The notes under the pieces are model-generated. The model was not told the origin of the DNA, ran no database searches, and worked only from the letters and a program-made list of their open reading frames with translations. DNA of 32,266 bases from Candidatus Apopatocola equi (GTDB taxonomy: Bacteria; Bacillota; Clostridia; Oscillospirales; Oscillospiraceae), in contig JAGHSH010000095.1 in the NCBI GenBank assembly GCA_018065965.1, forward strand, positions 1-32,266, written 5' to 3'. Positions 23,574-31,971 of this stretch are shown in pieces (positions within the stretch are counted from its first letter, which is position 1; the number at the start of each line of letters is the position of its first letter). The position numbers and the translations under genes were made by a program.

Positions 23574-25718
23574 TTAGTCGATCATGGACAGAGAGATCCG
23601 CCCCTTTTTCACGTCTGCCTCCAACACCGCGACCTCCACCACATCGCCCACGGAGACGGCTTCCGAGGGGTGGGAGAGGAAGCGGGTGCTGAGACGGGAG
23701 ATATGCACCAGTCCGTCCTGATGGACGCCGATATCCACAAAAGCGCCGAAGTCCACCACATTGCGCACCGTACCCCGGAGCTTCATGCCGCTTTTGAGAT
23801 CCTTCAGCTCCAGCACATCGCTCCGCAGCAGCACGGCAGGCAGCTCATCCCGGGGGTCACGGCCGGGCTTCATCAGCTCGGCGGCCATATCCCGAAGGGT
23901 GGGCAATCCCACGCCGCAGGCTTCGGCAAGCCGCTCCTCGCCCAGCTGCGTCATTTTCTCCCGCAGTGCGGAGAGCCTTCCCTCCGCCGCATCCTGCAGG
24001 GTATAGCCGCAGAGCTTCAGCAGCGTTTCCGCCGCCCGGTAGCTCTCCGGGTGTACGCCGGTGTTGTCCAGCAGGGAGCTGCCCCCGCTGATGCGCAGGA
24101 AGCCCGCGCACTGCTCAAAGGCCTTGGGCCCCAGCCGGGGCACCTTTTTCAGCTGCGCACGGCTCGTAAAGGCTCCGTTGCTCTGCCGGTAGGCCACAAT
24201 ATTTTTCGCCGTGGCGGCGCTGAGCCCGGAAACGCGGCTCAGCAGGGAGGGGGAAGCCGTGTTCAGCTCCACGCCCACGGCGTTCACGCAATCCTCCACC
24301 ACGCCGCCGAGAGCCTCGTCCAGCCGTGCCTGGGGCATATCGTGCTGATACTGCCCTACGCCGATGCTCTTGGGGTCGATCTTGACCAGCTCCGCCAGAG
24401 GATCCTGCAGCCGCCGGGCAATGGAAACCGCCGAGCGCAGGGACACATCGTATTCCGGGAACTCCTCCGCACCCAGCGGGCTGGCGGAGTACACCGAGGC
24501 TCCCGCCTCGCTGACCACCGTGTAGGCCACGCCGGGGAACTCCCGGCAAAGCTCCGCCAGGAAAAGCTCCGATCCCCGGGAGGCTGTGCCGTTGCCGAGG
24601 GCAATGGCGGTAACGCCGTGCCGTCGGATCATGTCCGAGAGGATGCGCCGGGCCTCCGCCGTTTTCTGATGGGGCGGCGTGGGATAGACCACGCCGGTCT
24701 CCAGCACCTTGCCGGTGGCGTCCACCCCGGCCAGCTTGCAGCCTGTCCGATAGGCCGGATCGAAGCCCAGCGTGATCCGCCCTCGGACGGGCGGCTGCAT
24801 GAGGAGGGGCCGCAGATTCAGCGCAAAGTTGCGAATCGCGCCCTCGGCGGCTCTGTCCGTCAGCTCCGTGCGGAGCTCCCGCTCCAGCGAGGGGAAGAGC
24901 AGCCGCTTCCAGCTGTCAGCGGCGGCATGGGCCACAAAAAGGTTGGAGGTGCTCACCGGGCGGATCAGCCGCCGCTTCAGCTCCGAGAGCGCCGCCGTTT
25001 CGTCCGGCTCGATGCTCACGCGAAGCACGCCCTCCCGCTCGCCCCGGTTGATAGCCAGAATGCGGTGATCCTGCAGACTGCGCACACTCTGCCGGAAGCC
25101 GCAGTACATACCGTAAACGCCTTCCTCCCCGCCGCAGCCCTCGCTGACGAGCTCGCCCCGGCTGCGCAGCTGCGCCCGCAGAGCGCCCCGGATGGCAGCG
25201 TCGTCGCTGATGCGCTCGGCAAGGATGTCCGAGGCGCCGCTGAGCGCCTCCTCCACGGAGTTCACGCCCTTCTGCGCACTCACAAAGGGCGCAGCCAGCT
25301 CCTCCGGGCTCCGCTTCTTCTCCTGCTGGGCAAAGAGCAGCTCCGCCAGCGGCTCCAGTCCCTTCTCCCGGGCCACCGTGGCGCGGGTGCGGCGCTTCTG
25401 CTTGAAGGGACGGTAAAGATCCTCGATCTCCGCAAGGGTCGCGGCATTGTCCAGCGCCCTGCGGAGCTCGTCTGTGAGTCCGCCCCGCTCCTCTATGGCG
25501 GCGGCTGCCTCTTCCCGGCGCTCGCCGAGCCGCCGCAGGTAATCCAGCCGCTCGGAGAAGGCGCGGATGGTCTGGTCATCGGTCGCGCCGTGCTGCTCCT
25601 TGCGGTAACGGGCAATGAAGGGCACCGTGCAGCCTCCGTCCAGCAGTCTGATAATATTCTCTGCATACTCCGCCCGCAGCGAAAACTCCGCGGCAAGCCT
25701 TTGCGTCATTGCATCCAT
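23574..25718 (-). CDS. tex: Tex-like transcription accessory protein (S1 RNA-binding domain)
   Basis: N-terminal TVPFIARYRKE, YqgF/HhH middle region, and a C-terminal S1 domain (GTVRNVVDFGAFVDIGVHQDGLVHIS). Confidence 0.9.
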   Translation of the reverse strand: MDAMTQRLAAEFSLRAEYAENIIRLLDGGCTVPFIARYRKEQHGATDDQTIRAFSERLDYLRRLGERREEAAAAIEERGGLTDELRRALDNAATLAEIEDLYRPFKQKRRTRATVAREKGLEPLAELLFAQQEKKRSPEELAAPFVSAQKGVNSVEEALSGASDILAERISDDAAIRGALRAQLRSRGELVSEGCGGEEGVYGMYCGFRQSVRSLQDHRILAINRGEREGVLRVSIEPDETAALSELKRRLIRPVSTSNLFVAHAAADSWKRLLFPSLERELRTELTDRAAEGAIRNFALNLRPLLMQPPVRGRITLGFDPAYRTGCKLAGVDATGKVLETGVVYPTPPHQKTAEARRILSDMIRRHGVTAIALGNGTASRGSELFLAELCREFPGVAYTVVSEAGASVYSASPLGAEEFPEYDVSLRSAVSIARRLQDPLAELVKIDPKSIGVGQYQHDMPQARLDEALGGVVEDCVNAVGVELNTASPSLLSRVSGLSAATAKNIVAYRQSNGAFTSRAQLKKVPRLGPKAFEQCAGFLRISGGSSLLDNTGVHPESYRAAETLLKLCGYTLQDAAEGRLSALREKMTQLGEERLAEACGVGLPTLRDMAAELMKPGRDPRDELPAVLLRSDVLELKDLKSGMKLRGTVRNVVDFGAFVDIGVHQDGLVHISRLSTRFLSHPSEAVSVGDVVEVAVLEADVKKGRISLSMID

Positions 25719-25821
25719 ATGCGTTCCCTTTCCTGTTGCTCAGATGGGAGGAAGTATAGCAGAAATCCGCCCTCTCTTCAAGAAAAACCGCGCCAAAGGC
25801 GTGAAATCTCCCCCTGCGCTC

Positions 25822-25850
25822 TTGACAGACGGCAGAGAAGCCGATAAAAT
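25822..25850 (+). promoter_or_regulatory. sigma-A promoter of the DUF853 gene
   Basis: TTGACA (25822-25827), 17-nt spacer, TAAAAT (25845-25850). Confidence 0.55.
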
Positions 25851-25887
25851 GGGTCAAAAGACTATAATAAAAAAAGGAGCGCTTCTC

Positions 25888-27552
25888 ATGTACCATAACG
25901 GTAAAATTTTCATCGCCAAGGACGGCGACGAACCCCTCTGCCTGCTCTGCGACAAGGCCAACCGTCACGGCCTCATCGCCGGCGCCACCGGCACCGGCAA
26001 GACCATCACTCTCAAGGTGCTGGCCGAGTCCTTCTCCGACGCAGGCGTTCCCGTGTTCCTGGCCGATGTGAAGGGTGATCTGGCCGGCATGAGCCGCTGC
26101 GGCACAGACAGCGAGGATATGCAGAAGCGCATTGCCCGCTTCGGCCTTGCGGAGTGCGGCTTCAACTACCACGCCTATCCCACCAATTACTGGGACATCT
26201 TCGCCGAGACCGGCCTGCCCCTGCGCACTACCATCACCGAGATGGGCCCCGTGCTGCTCGCCCAGCTGCTGGAGCTGACCCCCACCCAGGAGGACATTCT
26301 CAACATCGTCTTCCGCATCGCCGACGATGAGGGTCTGCTGCTCCTCGACAGCAAGGATCTTCGCTCCATGCTGGCCTACGTGGCCGAGAACGCCAAGGAA
26401 TACTCCAACTCCTACGGCAACATCAACAAGGCCAGTCTGAACGTCATTCAGCGCGGCATGGCCGCTCTGGAGACCCAGGGCGCCAACGTGTTCTTCGGCG
26501 AGCCCGCCCTGAACATCCGCGACTGGATCCGGCAGGACAACACCGGCAAGGGCTACATCAACATTCTCGACTCCCGCAGCCTCATCAACAATCCCAAGAT
26601 GTACGCCATGTTCCTGCTGTGGCTCCTCTCCGAGCTCTTTGAGGTTCTGCCCGAGGTGGGCGACGCGGAGAAGCCCAAGCTCATCTTCTTCTTCGACGAG
26701 GCGCATCTGCTCTTCTCCGACGCTCCCAAGCCACTGCTCCGCAAGATCGAGCAGGTGGTCAAGCTGATCCGCTCCAAGGGCGTTGGCGTTTACTTCATCA
26801 CCCAGAATCCCGCCGACATCCCCGACGGCGTTCTGGCGCAGCTGGGCAATAAGGTGCAGCACGCTCTCCACGCCTACACCCCCGCCGACATGAAGGGCCT
26901 GAAGGCCGCCGCCGATTCCTTCCGCGCCAATCCTGCCTTCGACACCCGCGAGGTGCTCCAGACGCTGGGCACCGGCGAGGCCCTCGTGTCCTTCCTGCTG
27001 GAGGACGGCACCCCCTCCATGGTGCGCAAGGCCAGCATCCTGCCTCCCCAGAGCCGCATGGGCACCATCTCCGAGGAGGAGCGCATGGCTGAGGTCAACG
27101 GCAGCCCCCTGTTCTATCAGTATTCCGAGACCATCGACCGGGATTCCGCCTATGAATTACTGCAGCGCGGGGAGCTCCAGAAGACCGAGCAGGCGCAGGA
27201 GGAGGCCGAGCGCATCGCCGCCGAGAAGGCTGCGGAAAAGGCTCGCATCGCCGCCGAGAAGGCCGCTGAGAAGGAGCGTCTCGCTGCCGAAAAGGCTGCT
27301 GAGAAGGCTCGCATTGCCGAGGAGAAGGCCGCCGAGAAGGAGCGTCTCGCTGCCGAAAAGGCTGCCGAGAAGGAAAAGGAGCGCAAGAAGGCCGCTCTCA
27401 CCGGCGCAGCCAAGACTGCTGCCGGCACCGTGGGCCGTGAGCTGGGCAAGACCGTCGGCGGCGCCGTGGGCGGCAAGTTCGGCAAGACGCTGGGCGGCAA
27501 CCTGGGCGCAAGCCTCGGCCGCGGCATTCTGGGCACCCTGTTCGGAAAGTAA
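25888..27552 (+). CDS. DUF853 / HerA-like P-loop ATPase with a repetitive C-terminal tail
   Basis: Start is ATG 25888 (RBS AAAGGAG). Walker A GATGTGKT and Walker B-like LIFFFDEAH. The C-terminus has (AAEKAAEKARI/ERL)x5 followed by a Gly/Lys-rich tail. Confidence 0.85.
   Translation: MYHNGKIFIAKDGDEPLCLLCDKANRHGLIAGATGTGKTITLKVLAESFSDAGVPVFLADVKGDLAGMSRCGTDSEDMQKRIARFGLAECGFNYHAYPTNYWDIFAETGLPLRTTITEMGPVLLAQLLELTPTQEDILNIVFRIADDEGLLLLDSKDLRSMLAYVAENAKEYSNSYGNINKASLNVIQRGMAALETQGANVFFGEPALNIRDWIRQDNTGKGYINILDSRSLINNPKMYAMFLLWLLSELFEVLPEVGDAEKPKLIFFFDEAHLLFSDAPKPLLRKIEQVVKLIRSKGVGVYFITQNPADIPDGVLAQLGNKVQHALHAYTPADMKGLKAAADSFRANPAFDTREVLQTLGTGEALVSFLLEDGTPSMVRKASILPPQSRMGTISEEERMAEVNGSPLFYQYSETIDRDSAYELLQRGELQKTEQAQEEAERIAAEKAAEKARIAAEKAAEKERLAAEKAAEKARIAEEKAAEKERLAAEKAAEKEKERKKAALTGAAKTAAGTVGRELGKTVGGAVGGKFGKTLGGNLGASLGRGILGTLFGK
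27217..27381 (+). repeat. five tandem 33-bp (11-codon) coding repeats inside the DUF853 gene
   Basis: Units start at 27217, 27250, 27283, 27316 and 27349. Alternate units give a near-exact 66-bp periodicity. Confidence 0.9.
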
Positions 27553-27638
27553 TACCCCGCTTTTACATGAAAAAAGGTTCCCCGCAAAACACAGATTTTG
27601 CAGGGAACCTTTTTCTTATCTCTTTCGGAGCTTGCTTC

Positions 27639-29678
27639 TCAGAACAGCTCCTGCTCGATCTCCGCCTCGATCACCGTGCCGTAGCGAACCATCTTGCCGG
27701 TGGCCTTATCCTTGGAGGTGGAGGAGCCGGCCCGCACCACGGGGGTCAGCTCGCCCACAGCGCCGCGGCGGCGGGCTTCCTCAACGACCTTCTTGGCGGC
27801 AGCCTTCTTACTCATCTCCACGGCCTCCTCATACCGGTCGCAGCGGACGGAGCCGGTGGGCAGGTGCGCAATGTAGTAGATGGAACCGTCGCGGGTCAGG
27901 GTCTGGGTGATGCTCACGCGCACGACTGCGTTGAGTCTGGCCTGCAGAGCGCCCAGGGCGTTGGCCACATCGTGGTCGGCGGCAAGGATGCACTCTGCAC
28001 CCAGCGCCTTGGCCACCTCGGGCAGGAACACATGGATAGGCGCGCCCACGCCCACCAGCGCCATATCGGAGGCAAACATCTGGGTGATGAAGGGGTTCTT
28101 CACCTCATCGTTGCGGGTCTGCCAGGTGCGGTGGATGAGGATATCCATCTGCTCGCTGAGCTCATCGAACTTGCCGGGGTAGAGCTGGCGCAGGAGGATC
28201 TGCACCAGATTGGCGTACATGCGCTCCTCGACCATGTCATAGACCTCGTCGGCCAGCTTCTGCAGCTCGGTCTCGTTGTCCTCGCGGCCCAGGCATGCCA
28301 GCAGGTAGCGGCCGCCCAGCACGGAGGCCTCCCGATCATAGCCCACATAGTCGCCCTTGATGTGCATGAAGTCGGTGGGAGTCATGCCGACGCGCATGAC
28401 GATGCCCTCGCTCTCCAGCCGCTCGGGGCTGAAGTAGTAGAGATCCAGACCGACTTTTTCTTCCATATCCTCCAGCATGATAGGACCCTGCTCGGCCAGC
28501 GCATCGATGAGCATGCGCTCGTTCTTGGTATAGAGCTCGGGCCGCTCGGGGCGGTGGAGCAGATAGAGGAACTCATGGAGGTGGAAGCGGTTGATGTGCT
28601 TGTCCCGGGGCGTGAGCAGACGGCGCAGATCCTCCTTGAGACGGGGCCACTCCACGGCGGCGGAGCAGAGGCTCTTCACACGCCGGACGCCCAGCTCGGT
28701 GAGCATGGTCTTGTCATCCACCCAGATGTGGGTATCGCCGCCCAGCGCAAAGGGAGAGGCAAAAACGCCCTGCACAAGGGTGCGCCACTGACCCAGTCGA
28801 ATGCCGCCGGTGGCGGGGACGGGCTTGCCGCCCAGCACCACGGACACATCGGTGGTGGTGCCGCCCATATCCACGGTCAGATAGTTTTCCCCATCGTAGA
28901 AAGCCTTGCCGGCCAGCACGGAGGCGGCAGGGCCGGAAAGGATGGTCTCCACGGGCTTGTCCAGCGTGGCCTCGGCGTTCATCATGGTGCCATCGGAGCG
29001 CACCACGGAGATGCGGGCATGGCAGCCGCGCTTCTGCAGATCGTGCAGAATGGCGGAAATAAAATCGTTGATCACGGGCAGCAGGCGGGCGTTGAGCAGC
29101 GCTGTGGCGCCCCGGGCGATCACGTTCAGCTCGTCGGTGATCTCAGCGGCGCAGACAGCCTTGATGCCCAGCTGATCCTGCATCCCGGCCTTAAAGCCCT
29201 TTTCGCAGGGTGCGCCGTTGTTGGAGGAATAAAGCTCGGAGCAGGCCAGCACGTCCGCATCGGCGAGCCACTGGCGGTTGTCCTCGATGATTTTGGGAAT
29301 GTCGGGCACATCGGGGTGCAGGCCGTCGGCGCTGCCGTGGGTATCAAAGCAGCGGACCTTCTCCAGCGGAATGCCGTATTCCTTTTCAATGTTCAGATAG
29401 CGCACCAGCTCATCGGTCATGCCGAAGATCACCAGCTTGGTGCGGCTGCCCTTGTCCTCCAGGCAGGCGTTGGTCGCCAGCGTGGTGGAAAGGCTTACCA
29501 GTTCCGCCTCGCGGATGTATTCCTGAGGCAGGGTGTCCAGCGCATTGCCGATGCCGACCTCCAGACAGGAATGGGTCGTCAGGGCCTTGCCCTTGGCAAG
29601 GAGCTTTTTTGCCTCCAGATCGTAGGCCACCGCATCGGTGCAGGTGCCGCCGGTGTCGATTCCGATTCCGATTCTCAT
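27639..29678 (-). CDS. hydantoinase/oxoprolinase (HyuA) family ASKHA protein
   Basis: GIDTGGTCTDAV at the N-terminus and a second phosphate motif, TVDMGGTTTDVS. Confidence 0.8.
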   Translation of the reverse strand: MRIGIGIDTGGTCTDAVAYDLEAKKLLAKGKALTTHSCLEVGIGNALDTLPQEYIREAELVSLSTTLATNACLEDKGSRTKLVIFGMTDELVRYLNIEKEYGIPLEKVRCFDTHGSADGLHPDVPDIPKIIEDNRQWLADADVLACSELYSSNNGAPCEKGFKAGMQDQLGIKAVCAAEITDELNVIARGATALLNARLLPVINDFISAILHDLQKRGCHARISVVRSDGTMMNAEATLDKPVETILSGPAASVLAGKAFYDGENYLTVDMGGTTTDVSVVLGGKPVPATGGIRLGQWRTLVQGVFASPFALGGDTHIWVDDKTMLTELGVRRVKSLCSAAVEWPRLKEDLRRLLTPRDKHINRFHLHEFLYLLHRPERPELYTKNERMLIDALAEQGPIMLEDMEEKVGLDLYYFSPERLESEGIVMRVGMTPTDFMHIKGDYVGYDREASVLGGRYLLACLGREDNETELQKLADEVYDMVEERMYANLVQILLRQLYPGKFDELSEQMDILIHRTWQTRNDEVKNPFITQMFASDMALVGVGAPIHVFLPEVAKALGAECILAADHDVANALGALQARLNAVVRVSITQTLTRDGSIYYIAHLPTGSVRCDRYEEAVEMSKKAAAKKVVEEARRRGAVGELTPVVRAGSSTSKDKATGKMVRYGTVIEAEIEQELF

Positions 29679-29796
29679 ACTGTTTCCTCTCTCTCCGCAC
29701 TATTTTGCCGCAGCAGGCTCAGAAATGCAGTGAATGCATCTTTTTACAAGTATTGAGTATAACACGCGCCGCCAAAAAGTGCAATAAAAAACGAAC

Positions 29797-29835
29797 CGCC
29801 GGGTACAGATTCTCAGCGGTTCGTCTGTTTTTTTC
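29797..29835. terminator. bidirectional terminator
   Basis: AAAAAACGAACCGCCGGGTACAGATTCTCAGCGGTTCGTCTGTTTTTTT. Confidence 0.75.
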
Positions 29836-29836
29836 G

Positions 29837-30289
29837 TTATTCTTCCTCTTCCTGCTCCTGCGTGACCCTCTTCACCTTTCTTGCCGCAAGGCTCAGGGTG
29901 AGCATCAGCACCCCAAACATGGCCACCGCCGTCACGGCCCCCAGCGCCAGACAGCCGAGAGGCCGCTCAGGGATCCGCAGATAGAAGCCCACACCCACCA
30001 GCGCACCGAAGATCAGCGCTGCCGCGCCCGCGATCCGGGCATTGCTCTTCGCATCCGGCTTCAGCCGCCTGTCCCAGATGCCGTTTCTGGCACTGGCCGC
30101 GCTGACATACACGCTCAGCACCATGAACACGATCCACTCGCCTGCCATGGCCTTCAGCTCCATGTCCAGAAAAAAGGCCTCCGCCAGCAGCACGGCCAGC
30201 AGCCCCCAGAAGGCGATGAGATAGCCGTTATGCTCAATTTTGAGCAGGACCTGCTCCTGCCGCTCGTCCAGAAGATTATTCGTTTTCAT
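29837..30289 (-). CDS. four-TM membrane protein normally partnered with a small XRE regulator
   Basis: Start moved to ATG 30289 (MKTNNLLDERQEQVLLKIEH), overlapping the stop of the upstream HTH remnant. Confidence 0.7.
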   Translation of the reverse strand: MKTNNLLDERQEQVLLKIEHNGYLIAFWGLLAVLLAEAFFLDMELKAMAGEWIVFMVLSVYVSAASARNGIWDRRLKPDAKSNARIAGAAALIFGALVGVGFYLRIPERPLGCLALGAVTAVAMFGVLMLTLSLAARKVKRVTQEQEEEE

Positions 30290-30422
30290 TCTCTGCTTCC
30301 TCCCAGAATAAATCATTTAAGGTCACTCCCAAGGCCCTGCAGATGGCAGATAAATCCGCCGTGCGCTGTGCTGTTTTTTCGATCTCGGAGGGAGAGACAC
30401 ATAATCTCCCATTTTCCGCAGA
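30276..30422 (-). pseudogene. 5'-truncated XRE-family HTH regulator remnant
   Basis: Reads ...SAENGRLCVSPSEIEKTAQRTADLSAICRALGVTLNDLFWEEAENENE*, covering only helix 3 onward. There is no in-frame start codon, and no frame upstream is HTH-like. Confidence 0.5.
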
Positions 30423-30465
30423 TAATACCTCCTGCGAAAAACAGAAGCATAGGAGAGGCGAGAAA

Positions 30466-31008
30466 ATGAAAGCAACGGGTATAGTTCGGAGAATAGACGA
30501 TCTGGGTCGGGTAGTCATCCCCAAGGAGATCCGCCGCACACTGCGGATCCGAGAGGGCGACCCGCTGGAGATTTTCACGGAGCAGGACGGTGCTGTGGTG
30601 TTCAAGAAGTATTCCCCCATGGGTGAGCTGAGTGAATTCGCGATCTGCATCTGTGAGAGCGTGCATAAGGCCGCAGGCAGCGCCGTGGCCGTCTGCGACC
30701 GAGACGCGGTCATCGCCTATTCCGGCAGCGGCAAGCGGGATGCGCTGGACAGGCACATCAGCCGCGAGCTGCAGCAGCTCATGGAGAACCGGCGCAGCGT
30801 GCTGAGCCGGGACGGAGAGCCGCTGCCCAGACTTTGTGAGGGAGAGGCAAGCCCCACGGTGACCGCAGCGGCGCCGATCCTCTCGGAGGGGGACGTGCTG
30901 GGCTGCGTGGTCATTCTGGACGGCCGGGATGGCTCCATGCCGGGCGAGCTGGAGCTGAAGCTGGTGCAGACTGCGGCGGGCTTTCTGGGGCGGCAGATGG
31001 AGCCCTGA
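30466..31008 (+). CDS. spoVT: stage V sporulation protein T (AbrB-type swapped-hairpin plus GAF-like domain)
   Basis: MKATGIVRRIDDLGRVVIPKEIRRTLRIREGDPLEIF. 180 aa. RBS AGGAGAGG at 30451-30458. Confidence 0.9.
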   Translation: MKATGIVRRIDDLGRVVIPKEIRRTLRIREGDPLEIFTEQDGAVVFKKYSPMGELSEFAICICESVHKAAGSAVAVCDRDAVIAYSGSGKRDALDRHISRELQQLMENRRSVLSRDGEPLPRLCEGEASPTVTAAAPILSEGDVLGCVVILDGRDGSMPGELELKLVQTAAGFLGRQMEP

Positions 31009-31024
31009 AAAAAAGAAAAAAGCT

Positions 31025-31054
31025 CTTGACTCCGGCAGGGAGATGTGGTATTAT
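31025..31054 (+). promoter_or_regulatory. promoter of the tRNA gene (extended -10)
   Basis: TTGACT (31025-31030), 18-nt spacer, TGG-TATTAT (31046-31054). Confidence 0.6.
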
Positions 31055-31069
31055 ACTTCCTGCAGATAT

Positions 31070-31145
<76 letters not shown>

Positions 31146-31150
31146 GTTGG

Positions 31151-31191
31151 AGTGGATGTAACTGATTTCAGTTACATCCACTTTGTTTTTT
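31151..31191 (+). terminator. tRNA terminator
   Basis: Stem AGTGGATGTAACT (31151-31163) / AGTTACATCCACT (31170-31182), then a T-rich run. Confidence 0.8.
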
Positions 31192-31202
31192 ACCCAAAAG
31201 TA

Positions 31203-31231
31203 TTGACAAGGGCATCATCCGTAAGTACAAT
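31203..31231 (+). promoter_or_regulatory. near-consensus sigma-A promoter of the nucleotidyltransferase gene
   Basis: TTGACA (31203-31208), 17-nt spacer, TACAAT (31226-31231). Confidence 0.6.
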
Positions 31232-31291
31232 ACAATGATTTAGCGAGAAACGCTGAATGGGTGGCATGGGCGAAGAAGAAAGGATTATAAT

Positions 31292-31948
31292 ATGAAACAT
31301 GATTTTAAGTTCATATCAAAACATTCGCCCCAAGTTAAGTCTGCCTATTCTGACCTTATGGAAATTCTCAGCCTTGTTCATGATGACTTACGAAAGCATT
31401 ACACTTTTCAGCATGAGCCTGTTGGCAGTTACTCTCGCAACATGATTACCTATGACGCGAAATCAAATATTGGTTTCGATTTTGACATCAACATTTATCC
31501 AAATGATGAAGAAAACCGTTTCAATGAAAAACAGATCAAGTTACTGTTCAAGCAATCATTGGATAAATTCGCACATCGGTATGGCTACGACTTTGCCGAA
31601 GACTCAACTCGCGTTTTGACCATCAAGGTAAAAGATCGCAAGAATTCCCGTATTCTTCATAGTGTGGACTTTGCCTTTGTTAATGACTATGAGGATGATG
31701 ACGGATACGATTGTCAAGAATACATTCACTATAACAAGAAGCAGAATACTTACTCGTGGTTAGAACAATCTCAAGGATTCTATATGCTTCCGGAGCGCTT
31801 TCAATGGATAAAAGATAACGGGCTGAAAGACGAACTGGACGCACTATACATCCGCAAGAAAAATAGCAATGATGATCCGAATAAGCATTCCCGTTCATTA
31901 TTTGCCGAAGCAGTCAATGCTTGTTATAATGAAAATTGTGATAAATGA
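31292..31948 (+). CDS. Pol-beta-superfamily nucleotidyltransferase (SMODS/CD-NTase-like minimal fold), low GC
   Basis: VGSYSRNMITYDAKSNIGFDFDINIY fits the GS...DxD motif, and a third acidic residue lies in ILHSVDFAFV. 218 aa. RBS AAAGGA. Confidence 0.65.
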   Translation: MKHDFKFISKHSPQVKSAYSDLMEILSLVHDDLRKHYTFQHEPVGSYSRNMITYDAKSNIGFDFDINIYPNDEENRFNEKQIKLLFKQSLDKFAHRYGYDFAEDSTRVLTIKVKDRKNSRILHSVDFAFVNDYEDDDGYDCQEYIHYNKKQNTYSWLEQSQGFYMLPERFQWIKDNGLKDELDALYIRKKNSNDDPNKHSRSLFAEAVNACYNENCDK

Positions 31949-31971
31949 ATTATCTTATGTACAGAGCAGGT

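Noticed and set aside
23670-25847. 725-aa plus-strand ORF, plus similar long ORFs at 25576-26871(-), 27567-29756(+), 20222-21529(+), 17865-18866(+), 2034-3266(+), 10798-11628(-) and 3990-4799(-)
   Set aside because: Each is antisense to a gene with clear motifs (tex, DUF853, hydantoinase, sulfite reductase/trxA, ZIP, the lipoprotein, the permease, MATE). All show biased Arg/Gly/His/Ala composition and lack an RBS.
27217-27381. Regular 33-bp repeats as a possible CRISPR array
   Set aside because: The repeats are contiguous with no spacers, in frame inside the DUF853 ORF, and encode an AAEKAAEK periodic peptide.
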